Below are positions 48,100-60,259 of a stretch of 64,000 nucleotides of DNA, piece after piece; the first letter of the stretch is position 1, and each line of letters opens with the position of its first letter. A program made the translations under genes and the position numbers. Source of the DNA: Eremomyces bilateralis CBS 781.70 (lineage: Eukaryota); the NCBI GenBank assembly GCA_010015585.1, contig ML975152.1. The stretch is one strand, 5' to 3'. A model generated the notes under the pieces. It searched no databases, was not told where the DNA came from, and saw nothing but the letters and a program-made list of their open reading frames with translations.

Positions 48100-50275
48100 A
48101 TGGCTTCCGAGTCATCAGAGGACAAGGAAATCGTCTTGACTGCCGGACCCAATGTGGCCTTCCTGAATCATTCTCAAGATACTCTGTTGAAGCAATTGCC
48201 TCCTGACGTGGATAATAAGCCTTTGGTACGCCAGAAAAGGCGAAGGACGAGGTCAGTATCTCAAGTTTCGCGTCATTCGTACGCGTTTTGCACGCGTCTC
48301 TGGATGTCGTTACCTGAACTCCTTCCATCAATCCCGACATGTTCCACAGCAGCTCTAGTCTTCTCTTATGGGTAGCGTTTGTTTTCCTTCCATACCACCT
48401 TACTACTCTGATTGTTCTGCGGCTTGGATATGGAAGGATGGACTTGGATATGGAGGCACCGAGCTGGTGCGGGGCAATGGACGGACGAGCCAGACTTCCA
48501 TGTTTTGTTCTTGAATGCCACCAGATATCTCCAGAGAACAGCTCTAACCCACATTATAGTCCTAGCGACCAAAAGGTCCTCGAAGATGAGTACCAACGGA
48601 ACCCAAAGCCTGATCGAGCCACCCGTACCGCGTTGGCGCAAAAGGTAGCATTAGGCCAGAAGGAACTTCAGGTACACGACGAACTTCCATGAACCGGTTA
48701 CATCAGCACCCCTGACATTCGACCATTCAGATTTGGTTTCAAAACCGTCGTCAGAGTGATCGTCGCCGCTCTCGGCCAATACCGGACGACGAAAAGTCGT
48801 CCAACATTTCCCTCCACAGCGAGTCGGATCGCTCGTCAGATCTCCCACCCTCATGTTCTTCGGAAAGCGAAGATATGGAGCAAGTATCACCGACCAATCT
48901 CCAGTCCAACACGGAAGTGGGAATCGCGTCCGAACGCGTAACAGACGGTGGAGAAGAGAGAAGAGAATTCTATGAGCAAGATACGGAGCAAAGTCTAGGC
49001 ACTACGAACGTGGAACCAGGTCTGAAAGAAGAATCCCAAGACTCATTGGCACATCCATCATTGCTTTCCTCGGTGTCTTTTGACAGTTTGGCGACCATTC
49101 CGAGTTCCCAAGAACAGCCGTCTCAGGAAACTCAAAAACACAAGCCTGGATATATTGCAAACCGTCGGGGTGCTTCCTTTCTTCAACAGGAACGGGCGTA
49201 TGACGTGTCCCAGCAATCTTCTACATTGGAGCCGGAAGCCTCATCCAACGAGGCCAACGGCGATGAGGAATCTCAAAAGCAGCGCTCTAGAGTCCTCCAG
49301 CGCTCTACAAGTCTACGCCTTTCGACGACCGCCGACGGACAGGCTCGAATCATCGACGAAAACAACCCTTCCCCTTCCCCATCCCCACCCCGAGTTACCC
49401 CACCCAATCTTCCCTCGTCAACCAGCTTCACCGATCCTCCAATCCGTCCTCCCCAACTTCGCCGCAGCCTGAGCGCCGCCAGCCCCTCCATCCCATCTCC
49501 CTTCCCCACGGATTCTACCACCCGAAAGCTCACCCGTACCGAGTCCGGACACGGCCGGTCCCGCGATTCCCGTGCCTGGACATTCTGGTGCGACGCCGAA
49601 GAACGCTCCTCGTTGCAAACCCAGGCACAGGCCGAGAGCAGCGGCTCGGCGGCGTCGGCGATCGGTCTGATCCGCGAACGGCGGAGGACGGCGGAAGTGC
49701 GTGAGAAACAGGCCGCGCAGAAAGCCGCGTCGCGGAAGCGTGGGTTGGCGGAATCGGGGTCGCAGGGGCAGAACAAGCGGTCGAAGACCTCGTCGGATGC
49801 TCGTCCGGGGTTACAGCGTTCCCAGTCTTCGGTTTCCAGGCTGCAGTCCTCGGGAACTCGGGTCCTTGGCCCCAAAGCTGGGGCCACAAACATTACTCCA
49901 TCGGCATCGCGCGCCAACGCGGGCAAAGACGGCAAGAAACTGGCGAAGCCAGGTGAGATTCAGATATACGCTCTCGACGACTCCGACGGAGACAAGGAGA
50001 ACTGGGTTCCTGGGACCCGCATCGCCGCGCCGCGACATCCGAACTCCCAGCCGCACGCCCCAAGCTTCGGCGCGCATCCGCTGGGGGAGAATCTGCGTGA
50101 AGTGAGTGAGGCGGTCGGGTTCGGAACGCCGGCAGCGAAGAAAGCGAGGAACGGCAGCTTCAGTGCGGGCTCGAGCGCGAGCGAAGAGGTCGATCGACCG
50201 CTTAGTGTTGGGAGTGGGGATGATCTGGATTGTGTGGAGGGGTTGTTGAAGTTGCGAGGTGGGACTTGGGTATAG
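48100..50275 (+). CDS. Homeobox transcription factor (Yox1/Yhp1-like), 3 exons
   Basis: Spliced homeodomain RQKRRRTS|PSDQKVLEDEYQRNPKPD..ELQ|IWFQNRRQSDRR. Introns 48252-48559 and 48672-48730. C-terminal DLDCVEGLLKL. Confidence 0.92.
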
Positions 50276-51075
50276 GCAGCATGTCGGCTTGGACCAGATT
50301 GGTCCCTTACTTTTCTTGCTTTTCGCCTGGTGGTACGAGTTGCGTCTAGATCCTTTCGATCGATTTTGCCGGTGTTTTGTTACGATGAGGTCATGAGGTT
50401 TGTGTCGGGACAGCATATGAAGGGATGATGCGCAGCATTGGTGTCAAGTACCATTATTTGGGGCTACTTATGGTTTCTGGCGTTTCATAGTCCATGTCTG
50501 TGTAACTTCTCACTTTGGGACTCTGATAGACGATCACTGCATGTCCATTACAAAGAAATTGCAATGAGAGCTTTCCCTGTTGACGTAGATGTATCCTAGA
50601 AAATACTCAATCCACCCCCTGCAGGGGGCCTCCAGGACCGCTCGGAAGAATTAAACCAAGTACTCCGTAGCATCTCATTACATAGTACTCATGAAGTGGC
50701 GATGTGAAGAAGCCCATAAAGGCCTGGAAGGGTTTAGGATGGTTGCTTGAGTGATGCTAAATTTGGACTAGCGTTCCTAATTAGGCTTAGCTGCAACACA
50801 GTTCACTTACTGTTGACTTCGTCCACCTTCCGGACTGTCGGGCTGCTCCTGACATCTTCACCAATTCTTCCAACGCACTGTGCGAGACGTGAGAGTGCTC
50901 CACGATCCGTTTGCCAAATCATCCTATTGTCCTTCATTCATATACTCTCGTTATTCTCTCCACCGCCTCTCCACCCCTTCGCAACCCCTTTCGTTCATCG
51001 CGCTACAATCCCTCTCGACTCCGGAACCATAGTCACACCCCAACCCGAGCGCTTCAGCGCCTCAAGTCATCCAAA

Positions 51076-52232
51076 ATGGGTTTCGGCGACTTCACGACAC
51101 TATGCGAGAAGACGGGACTCCCGCTGTGCACGTTGATCGGACCGCCGTCGAAGATCTCCACCTCGGCCGGGATCCAAGCCACCTGCTACTCGCGATCCAT
51201 CGAACTGGCCAACACAGTGATATTCCAGGGCGCCAATGACTTCATGCATATCCTGGCGTTGATCATGACCTCGATCATGATCATTCATGTGCGGTCGAAG
51301 TTTACCGCAGTCGGTATGTGTGTTGTGCCATGATCTTGGCCGCCTGCTACGAGTCTCCGTTTGCGAGGCTATACGAAGTGGAATCAAATGCTGACTGTAC
51401 CCAGGACGAAAGGAAATCACCACATTCTTTTACTTCTACATGCTCCTCACGGTCGCCTCCCTCGTCCTTGACTCCGGTGTCGTCCCTCCTGGGTCCGAAG
51501 CGTACGCATACTTCTCCGCGGTTCAGAATGGACTGACTTCCGCGCTTTGCACATGCCTCCTCATCAACGGCTTCGTCGGATTCCAACTCTACGAAGACGG
51601 CACCACGCTATCCGTATGGACCCTCCGAGCGGTCTCCATGATCTTCTTCGCCTTGTCTTTCTTCATTTCGCTCGCCACGTTCAAGGAATGGTCGGGCATG
51701 GGTCCCGAGAAAACCATCGGGCTGTTTATCGTGCTCTACCTGGTTAACGGCATCTTCCTCGTGATCTACGCATTGATGCAGGTGCTCCTGGTCGTCAACA
51801 CCCTGCAAGATCGCTGGCCTCTCGGCGATATCGCCTTTGGAATCTTCTTTTTCGTCATCGGGCAGGTCATCCTATATGTCTTCAGCGACAAAATCTGCGA
51901 CAACGTTCAACATTACCTTGACGGACTGTTCTTCGCGACAATCTGCAATCTATTGGCAGTCATGATGGTCTACAAAGTAAGGTCCCTCTCCTTTCCGGTT
52001 GCGCTAAAGCTGACGTCGTCCGCAGTACTGGGATTCTATCACGAAGGAGGATCTAGAATTTTCCGTCGGAACAAAAATGAACAACTGGGAGGTGAAAGAG
52101 CTCCTCCCCGAAGACGAGCGACGAACCACCATCTATCAAGATGGCAACAACTCGGAATACTCCACCAGCCTATACCAACAGCCCGTCCAGCGTCGGAGCT
52201 CCGGCTATGGAGGAGGAGGGTTTGCTTATTAA
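51076..52232 (+). CDS. CHS7: Chitin synthase export chaperone Chs7, 3 exons
   Basis: [64 protein letters not shown]. Introns 51314-51404 and 51977-52025. Confidence 0.96.
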
Positions 52233-52791
52233 TTTATGTCTAGGTTGTGGGCAGTGCGGATTTCCTTGGTCTAATAATACATGGCATGATCGCATTGCGG
52301 TGGCGTTCAGGTATTGCTTAGCATGATTTTCTTTGGTTGTTGGTACTTGGACCTGCGTAGCACTGGAAAGGTTAATGGAGTTCGGACCGGGACGATACAA
52401 GAATGCCGGGCGAATTGCGCATTGAAAGGTTTTCATGAACATTCTCGACTATTATGAAGTCATATTTCATTCCCATCAGATCCCTGCATCGATATCGAAG
52501 TTCTTCGTGTCGTATATCCTCAACTACGTCCAATCATCCATATAATATTTACTCCCGCTCCTTCCGTCCCCTTGAATGCCTCGAGTCAGTTTCACGAGTC
52601 AAAAATACCAGGCTTTCTGCTACCACTAATAATGAATGGCTTTGCTCTGAACTATGAATGCTCCGTTTATCCAAAAACCATTCCCATTCAGGAGTGGATA
52701 AAGGCTTTGTTTCCAAGGGCAATGGAACATCCAGCATATATATGAAGTATTCGTGGTCCTCAGATGATGAACCGGACCTCACTAAATCCCA

Positions 52792-54222
52792 TTGATTACA
52801 GTTTACGAATTGTTGCACCCAGATCTGACCGACAAAATGGGCGGCTTCATCCCCGAAGTGGAGACGGACTGGTCCCAAGATCTCAGTGGTGACAATCGTT
52901 CCAGCAACACGGACACTTCAGCGGTGGATCTCATCGCCATGGTTCGGCATCCTGAGAGGATTGCGAATAATTGTACCCGCGTCGGCCCAATTGTCGAATG
53001 GGTCGGCGAGGAGCTGGCCGTCCACGATATGATAAATTCCATTGTCACTGCCCAGAACTCCGACGAAATCCCAAATCTGTTCATCGACCTAGAAGGCTCC
53101 GATGGGGAAGGCGAAAGTATCGCCCCCATGCAAATCCTCATCTGCACGATTAACACAGTGTATCTCGTCGATACCCTTCACCTGAAAATTGCTGCCTTCG
53201 ATACCCCCGGGGGCACGGGTGAGACCCTCCGGTCCCTCCTCGCGAACGCAGAGTTCAAGAAGGCGTTCTGGGACCATTGGTTCCCGTTCGCGATCCACGA
53301 CGTCGCTATGCGCGGTGTGGATGTTATCCAGGTGATGGCCCTGGAGACGGGGATTGGGTTGAAGGGCGGGGTGGTTGGGTTTGCTCATGCGCGCAAGGAC
53401 TTGAACATATGTGGTGGGTGCAAAGAACGCTTCTCGAAGATCAAAGCTAATGGCGCGGCTAAGTTTAAAGTATAGGTATCTCCCAAAGATGAGCCCTCTT
53501 CTAAGGACGAGCCCGCTTCTGAGGACGAGCCCGCTTCCAAGGGCGAGCCCGCTTCCAAAGATGAGGCTCCCCCCAGCGAATCGTGAGCTACTGAAATCTA
53601 GTCTGAGAGACCACTCTCCCAAACTTTGCGAGACTACGCATGGGTAGACGTCGCGCTCCTCCCGGCACTACACCGGAAGTTCCAAAGAGAATCGACAATC
53701 ATAGCATGCACAACGAACGAACGCTTGACGAGCTGAAGGTCGCAATGGAAGAGGCGACGCAAGACTGTCTCGATCTTGTGCACTAACAGGATGTAGACTG
53801 GAACCACACAAAATTCATGACTGCATGGCCTCAGCAATTTCCTCTTTTGCTCTTATACCGACGATTGTCTGCGAAGAGAGCACAGCGAGGCGAACGAGTG
53901 GGATTATGATCCGGTTTACTACTCTGTGGAGACCACCGTTGCTGTGGAGGCCAATCACGCCACCGACGACTATCCCGACGAAGACAATCCCAACGAAAAC
54001 AACCCCGGGGAAAACAATACTGATGAAGACAATCCCGACGAAGACAATCCCGCCGACGAGGACAGCCCGAGCGACAAGACCAGTCCCGCTGAAGAGGACA
54101 AAACCGCCGAGCAAGGTGAGGGCACCGAAGAACCTACTCCCACCGAGGAGGCTAACTCCATCCCAGGAGCTAGTCTCCCCAAGAACTCCGGTTCCCGCAA
54201 GCGAGCCGCTGCCTTTATATGA
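52792..54222 (+). pseudogene. Disrupted DEDD-type (EXD1-like) 3'-5' exonuclease gene
   Basis: LFIDLEG, VYLVD, TLRSLL..KAFWD and IQVMAL, then after three in-frame stops RPLSQTLRDYAWVDVALLP. A further stop and frameshifts follow. Acidic tandem repeats at ~53486-53575 and ~53971-54070. Confidence 0.6.
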
Positions 54223-54852
54223 GAAAACTCGCCATTCGTGGAAAGTCCACCAGGCCTATGCCCGGGGATGGAGACTCTTAAGCTAGTATCTCGAGCACAC
54301 GGCGGGCCTGGAATCGTCTGAAACGAAGAATGTTAGGCCGTAGTGGGAAGATCACCGAGGCGAAGCCTTAGAAACTAGAAAGCTGGGGTTGCTTGCGATT
54401 TTGGCGTTCGGGCGTACAATAGAATTAGGAAGAATGTGATTGCTTTCTTATAAGCCACTAGGGAGTAATTTGAAGTGAAGAATATCGGTGATGATCGATT
54501 GACTTCCGATAGAGTCTTGTTCACAGTTGCGGTTTCAATATGATACATACCTATCCGAGGCGCAAGAAATTGATGATGCTTCACCTTTGACATCCTACGC
54601 TCTAGAGGCATTATGCAGAACCGGTGATGGATGAGCTTTGGGAAATGGAGCATAATGTAAATTCTATTATCTCAACCATGCCAGCTCAACAGCAAAATTC
54701 GTCTCCCTATTAAGTAGTATAAAGTCATACACATTTCCATCATCGGTCCTACACGGAAAAAGTACATGTGTTAATTCCAATCCGCTCCTCCATAACCCCG
54801 AGTTCCCGTTCGTAACGTCGTGAATCCCGTTATACGCCCAATAAAACTCCGA

Positions 54853-55422
54853 CTAAACCTGCGACAACACGTCCACCAGCCGTTTTAACCTCGGGTCCGT
54901 GCCATTCGATCCCTCCTCCTGCGACATCAGCACTTCGACCGCCTGCCTTAGTTTCTGGCAGTTGGTATCCAGCTCTGCGTACTGAATCTCCAAGTTGGAA
55001 TACTTGTTCATCAGCGACGCGTACTCGTGCTCGAGATCGCGGGCGTATTTCTCCTTGCGCTCGCGAAAGGCGCGTTGGGCGAGGCGGTTCTGGGCGCGGC
55101 GCTTGGCGCTAGTTGAGTAGACCCGGTCGGACTTCGAGGAGGATGATGTGTTGGTCTCGCCGACGACGCTGTCAGGACCGGAGACCGTGCCGGGTGAGGA
55201 AGCGGATTCGGTTGGGTAGGAGTATTGAGCGTACTGAGCACCGTGGTGTTGAAGGTTGGAGATGGTCTATGGACGGTTAGTACGGGTTCTGGAAGCGGAC
55301 ATTCTCAAATGACGTACAGGAGAGGATGATGATGTTGAACTTGGGCTGATTATAGAAGGGTCCGTGGTATAGTAAGCATTATTATAATCGGACCATTGCG
55401 AATATGAGTATGAAGGGTCCAT
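54853..55422 (-). CDS. Small Yap/AP-1-type bZIP transcription factor, 2 exons (absent from the ORF track)
   Basis: ATG 55422 (MDPSYSYSQW). Intron 55267-55317 (GTACGT..CTAAC..TAG). Basic region KRRAQNRLAQRAFRERKE plus zipper; TAG at 54855-54853. Confidence 0.9.
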
Positions 55423-56912
55423 TCCTTGAACAGTTCAGGGATAGAGTAATGATATCTTGAATGTTAAACGTATTTCAATATGAGATGTTAATCTTAGACT
55501 GAATTTCGACTGATTTGGCAGTGGTTGTACTGGCGATATGTTGATATGTCTGCGGGAAGGATCCAAATCGTCAGACTCATCTATCTTTATATTCGGCATG
55601 AGGATGTCACTGGAGACCGGAGGGTCGGCATCCATGATCAAAAACGGCCATGGGGAAACGTCAGATCTGTGCCGCAGTCGGCTGAAATGCCTGCCGATGA
55701 TGGTATGCATGCATATTCTCGATGCAAAGCGTGGTAAGCAACCAGGGGCGTAATATGGCGCTCATGGCTTTGTCGGCCAGAACAAATCATCTTTCAGAGG
55801 CTCATCATTCTCATGGGGAGTAGAAGTGTCAGCAAGGTGGTCTAGAGACTGGAGATGTTTGAAAGGTACGTAGAGCATTCGTATTGCGTCCGATAAGTCC
55901 GTTTTGATTCGGCAGGGAGTTGAATATTAATCAGGGGGGCGACCCGACTTCCGAATAATTGAAATCCAAATAATTCCCACCCATGCAATTGACCAAAGTC
56001 CGACCAATTAGTGTCACCGCCCTACCAACTAAGAGATCGGGATGAGTCACTCCGTATCGTTGTGTCAACATGGACACCGCAGTAGATCGCAGTGCCAACC
56101 TTCTTGCCGACCAACAAGAAGTCGCTAGTCGGCCGAGCTAAAGGCTTCTTTGCTACCGGTAGGGCTGGCTCCTTGTTGCCGACTTGGGGATGTACATCCC
56201 TCAACCTATCCGCTATCGTGTGGTCGTGGACACTGCAGTTCTGCTTCATGCTCGAACTGCCGAACGCATCCGGTATTCGCCAAACCCATCGTGTGACCTG
56301 CTCCCGTCCTTCTAGCGCCCTTCTAGCACCCTTCTAGCGTCGTTGTCATGTAGATGGGTCCTACGTCCGAACTCCAAAGCCCTACATCTGTACTTCCATA
56401 TCCAATATGCATTAACACTCCAGGTTCGCTCAGCTTCCACAATACGCCATGTTTGGCTCTCGTCCTTCCTAATTGAGACAACCAGAAGAATTTTATGTCG
56501 TCATCGCAGAAAGGCTCAAGCTAGTGCGAGTCTCGGATATAGCCATGCAGAAGGGGCATGACAATTTCGATGCCGCACCCCATTATTTATCGTTGAGTAT
56601 TAGCATCGAAGGCAACTATGCATGGTCGCTCGGACGGTAACCCAAGTCGGTTTGGACTCAGCCCTACGGCGGATAACTCGGAAACATCAAGGTGGTAAGG
56701 GACATGGGGTTATTCTTGGATACCAATATAATGACTCGAATAGAACAAATAATGCGGCAGCAGAAATAGACATAGAATTTTGCCGTGGTTCCAACTTTAA
56801 ATTTGGACATCATCTGTGACATTTGACGGAGAGAAGAGAGGTAAAGCCGGTGCATGCAGATGTAAAGTCCCGGATTGAAAGTTGAAATTGACACCAACAA
56901 TCAACTTTGAAG

Positions 56913-56934
56913 TAACTAACTAGTTAACTAACTA
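56913..56934. repeat. Mixed TAAC/TAGT array abutting the transposon; putative stacked excision footprints
   Basis: TA AC TA AC TA GT TA AC TA AC TA immediately before the element's ACGT terminus. Confidence 0.7.
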
Positions 56935-58780
56935 ACGTAATCCACCAGCGAGTCGCCCAAACCACCGAGTCGCCCACCTCATCTCCATAACAGCGATCAT
57001 CACGGTTTTTTCGCAATGTCTCAACAACAGCGCCCTCAATTACCTTCAAATGAAGCTAGAATGAACCTAGCCATCCAGACTATCGAACAAGACCAAGTTC
57101 AATCAATTCGAGAAGCTGCAAAAGCTTACAACGTCCCGTGGAGTACCTTACGTGACCGCCGCAACGGAATGACTGCACGAAGCGATTGTGTCCCGAATTC
57201 GAAAAAGCTCTCAAATATGGAAGAAAGGGTGATTATCGACTACTGCCTCGATGTCGACGCGCGCGGATTTCAGCTCAATTACGATATGTTGCGAGATATA
57301 GCCAACAAGCTACTCAGCGATCGCGGTCAGGCTCACGTTGGTATCAATTGGCCTTCAAGATTCGTACAACGCGTTCCAGAGCTCAAAACACGTGTTAATC
57401 GAAAGTACGACTATAAAAGAGCCCTGAACGAAGATCCAGAGATTATTGGCGCGTGGTTTCGCCTCGTACGCAACGTGAAGGCAAAATACGGTATCCTGGA
57501 TGAAGATACATACAACTTTGATGAAGTTGGCTTTCAAATGGGCGTAATCGGGACGCGCATGGTCATCACGGGTACCGAACGACGTCAGGCTCCAAAAACC
57601 TTGCAGCCAGGCAATACAGAATGGGTGACATCGATCATTGCTGCCAGCGCGCAAGGTTGGGTTGTCCCACCCTTCATCATCTTCAAAGGCGCTCGACATT
57701 ACAATACCTGGTACGAGGCGATTGCGGATAGGTCTGATTGGGTTCTATCAGTTAGCGAGAAGGGCTGGACGTCCCTTGAGCATGGATTTGAGTGGTTAAA
57801 GCATTTTAATCGCTTCACAGAAGACCGTACGACTGGCGCCTATCGGCTTCTGATTATGGATGGCCATAACAGCCATGACACTATCCAATTCCAGGATTTC
57901 TGCAAGGACCAGAAGATCATTACTCTCTGCATGCCTTCGCATTCATCTCATTTGCTACAACCCCTCGACGTTGGCTGTTTTGGGCCATTAAAGCGCGCGT
58001 ATAGCAAGGAGATTGAGGACTTTATCCGGTGCCGCATCAACCACATCACGAAAGAGGACTTTTTACCTGCTTTCAAGACCGCCTTCGAAAAAGCAATTGC
58101 TACGGAGAATATCCAGGGCGCCTTCAGAGGCGCAGGATTAATGCCTTTCGATCCAGAAGCTGTTATTTCAAAGCTTGATGTCCGATTACGGACCCCGACG
58201 CCATTACCAGAGACCACTCAATGGGAGTCGCAAACACCACGCAACGTCGCTGAAATAGGGTCCCAAACAGAGTACATACGACAGCGCCTTCAAAGAGATC
58301 AAAATACCTCCCCAACACCGCTTTTAGAAAGCTTTTCAAGCCTTGAAAAGGGTGTTCAAATGGTCGCGCACGGAGCTTCAATCATGGAGGTCGAGATAGG
58401 AAAGCTTCGGAAGGCAAACGAGACGCTATCAAAGCGCAAACAACGCAAAAAAAAGGTGCTTAAGGGCGCTGACACGCGCTCAATTACTGATGGGCTTCAA
58501 TTAGTTGAACAACGTCGGGATCAAGATATAATCAGTCAAAATGGTGCTTCTAGTGACGCTCCTGGAAGGCGCCAGCGACGTTGCGGACGCTGTCGCGAGC
58601 CAGGACATCGAGTTGAGACCTGTTCAATGCCTCAATTAGCTATAACAGAAAACGTAGATCCTAGCCTACTTCCTAATTAATAAATTGCTTCAGTAGTTGT
58701 TGAGATATTCAGGTTACGGTAGTGGGCCACGGTTGAGGTGGGCGACTCGGTGGTTTGGGCGACTCGCTGGTGGATTACGT
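56935..58780 (+). mobile_element. Intact Fot1/pogo-family DNA transposon (1846 bp)
   Basis: Perfect 47-bp TIRs (56935-56981, 58734-58780) beginning ACGTAATCC with two internal CGAGTCGCCCA repeats; TA on both flanks. Confidence 0.97.
57016..58680 (+). CDS. Fot1/pogo transposase (HTH-psq, CENP-B HTH, DD35D, C-terminal CCHC knuckle)
   Basis: YNFDEVGF, LIMDGHNSH, LQPLDVG (35 residues between D2 and D3), CGRCREPGHRVETC. Confidence 0.97.
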   Translation: MSQQQRPQLPSNEARMNLAIQTIEQDQVQSIREAAKAYNVPWSTLRDRRNGMTARSDCVPNSKKLSNMEERVIIDYCLDVDARGFQLNYDMLRDIANKLLSDRGQAHVGINWPSRFVQRVPELKTRVNRKYDYKRALNEDPEIIGAWFRLVRNVKAKYGILDEDTYNFDEVGFQMGVIGTRMVITGTERRQAPKTLQPGNTEWVTSIIAASAQGWVVPPFIIFKGARHYNTWYEAIADRSDWVLSVSEKGWTSLEHGFEWLKHFNRFTEDRTTGAYRLLIMDGHNSHDTIQFQDFCKDQKIITLCMPSHSSHLLQPLDVGCFGPLKRAYSKEIEDFIRCRINHITKEDFLPAFKTAFEKAIATENIQGAFRGAGLMPFDPEAVISKLDVRLRTPTPLPETTQWESQTPRNVAEIGSQTEYIRQRLQRDQNTSPTPLLESFSSLEKGVQMVAHGASIMEVEIGKLRKANETLSKRKQRKKKVLKGADTRSITDGLQLVEQRRDQDIISQNGASSDAPGRRQRRCGRCREPGHRVETCSMPQLAITENVDPSLLPN

Positions 58781-58783
58781 TAG

Positions 58784-60259
58784 CACGCGGTGGAACAAAA
58801 AAGCAAGACACATATGTCCCGAAATTTTCCCGCATACAACCAAAATGTCTTTAATCTAGGAAATTCCATCATTGACGTAGCCAATATGGTTTATACACGG
58901 TCTAAAGACCGTCAAATCGAGCGATTAAAGGAAAATGCCTCTCATCGTCATTATACGACTCCCGAAAAGGCCTGCCTTCGGGGAGAGGTGGAGCACGAAA
59001 CCGCTCGTCGTAGGCAGTACGGATTCGAGACCCCCCGCTCTAATACAGCGATTTTCAAGCGAAATAGAATCCCTCCTTCGTCTGCATACCGTATCTTGAA
59101 GTCTGACAAGGGCGACCGACGAATATCAGTACAGGAGACACGCGGGCGGAAATCCCGCATCCGGCCTACCCATCTCGCAGCCCTTGATATCCTGGTTGAA
59201 TCGATGGATTGCGAAGAAAGGACTATAACATGGGACGGACTCGCGTACGAAGCAGATATTGACTGTTCACCACGTACAATTAGAAAGGCTATGGAGACTA
59301 TGGATTACCATAAGTGTATCGCATGCAGAAAAGCGTGGGTTTCAATTCAATTGGCTGCTAAACGCGCTGAATACGCGAAAAAGATGTTATTCAAGTATCC
59401 TACACCAGAACACTGGAAACATGTCAGATTCAGCGATGAGGTCCATATTGGACTTGGGCCCCAAGGCAAGAACCTTATTATACGGAAACGAGGGCAGCGG
59501 TACTGTTTGAATTGCATCCAACGAGTGTCAAATCCGGATGAGGCGGACAAACGAAAAATCCACGCCTGGGCAGCCGTTGGATACGATTTCAAAGGCCCTC
59601 TTGTCTTCTACAACATACCGACGAACAATACCGCCAAGATGTCGCAGGAGGTCTACTTAAACGAGATCCTCAAACCAATCGTTAGGCCGTGGATTGCAAA
59701 TCATGGGTATTTTGTATTGGAGGAGGACCAAGACTCTGGACACGCACCACCAAGATCAACCAAAACGAAGCCTTCCGCGGTATCCCAATGGAAAAAGGAC
59801 GTAGGACTCGAGTCCTACTTCAATTGCGCTGGATCTCCAGACCTCGCGATCATCGAGGATTGTTTTCAACCTCTCAAGCAATATATACGCAAGTTTAGGC
59901 ATTGGGAGCCCGACGAAACACGCCAATTAGCACAGGAGGCCTGGTATGAAAATCTTGATCAGGAATGGATTAACAGACGAATCCTTACTATGCCTGATCG
60001 GTTGAGAAAAGTCATTGAATCTGAGGGCCAACTAATTGCCTTTGGAGGAGGTATGGCGGACCCAAGACCGGGCTAACCGCCAGATTTTTGTAGATATAGA
60101 CTGATTATCTGAGTGTGAATGGCCTCCAAAAGGCCTGATTAAATTTCACTTGTTTTGCGTGGTGTATTGTATGCGGAACTGTATCTTCATACAATTTATA
60201 TGGGGTAGTTGCGCCAAGACTAGAGTAACATGTGTCTTGCTTTTTTGTTCCACCGCGTG
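58784..60259 (+). mobile_element. Intact Tc1-like (IS630-Tc1-mariner) DNA transposon (1476 bp)
   Basis: Perfect 30-bp TIRs CACGCGGTGGAACAAAAAAGCAAGACACAT (58784-58813, 60230-60259) enclosing a transposase ORF. Confidence 0.93.
58886..60076 (+). CDS. Tc1-like DDE transposase
   Basis: ETRGRK, WKHVRFSDEVH, LEEDQDSGH, SPDLAIIE, MPDRLRKVI..EG. An alternative in-frame ATG is at 58814. Confidence 0.93.
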   Translation: MVYTRSKDRQIERLKENASHRHYTTPEKACLRGEVEHETARRRQYGFETPRSNTAIFKRNRIPPSSAYRILKSDKGDRRISVQETRGRKSRIRPTHLAALDILVESMDCEERTITWDGLAYEADIDCSPRTIRKAMETMDYHKCIACRKAWVSIQLAAKRAEYAKKMLFKYPTPEHWKHVRFSDEVHIGLGPQGKNLIIRKRGQRYCLNCIQRVSNPDEADKRKIHAWAAVGYDFKGPLVFYNIPTNNTAKMSQEVYLNEILKPIVRPWIANHGYFVLEEDQDSGHAPPRSTKTKPSAVSQWKKDVGLESYFNCAGSPDLAIIEDCFQPLKQYIRKFRHWEPDETRQLAQEAWYENLDQEWINRRILTMPDRLRKVIESEGQLIAFGGGMADPRPG

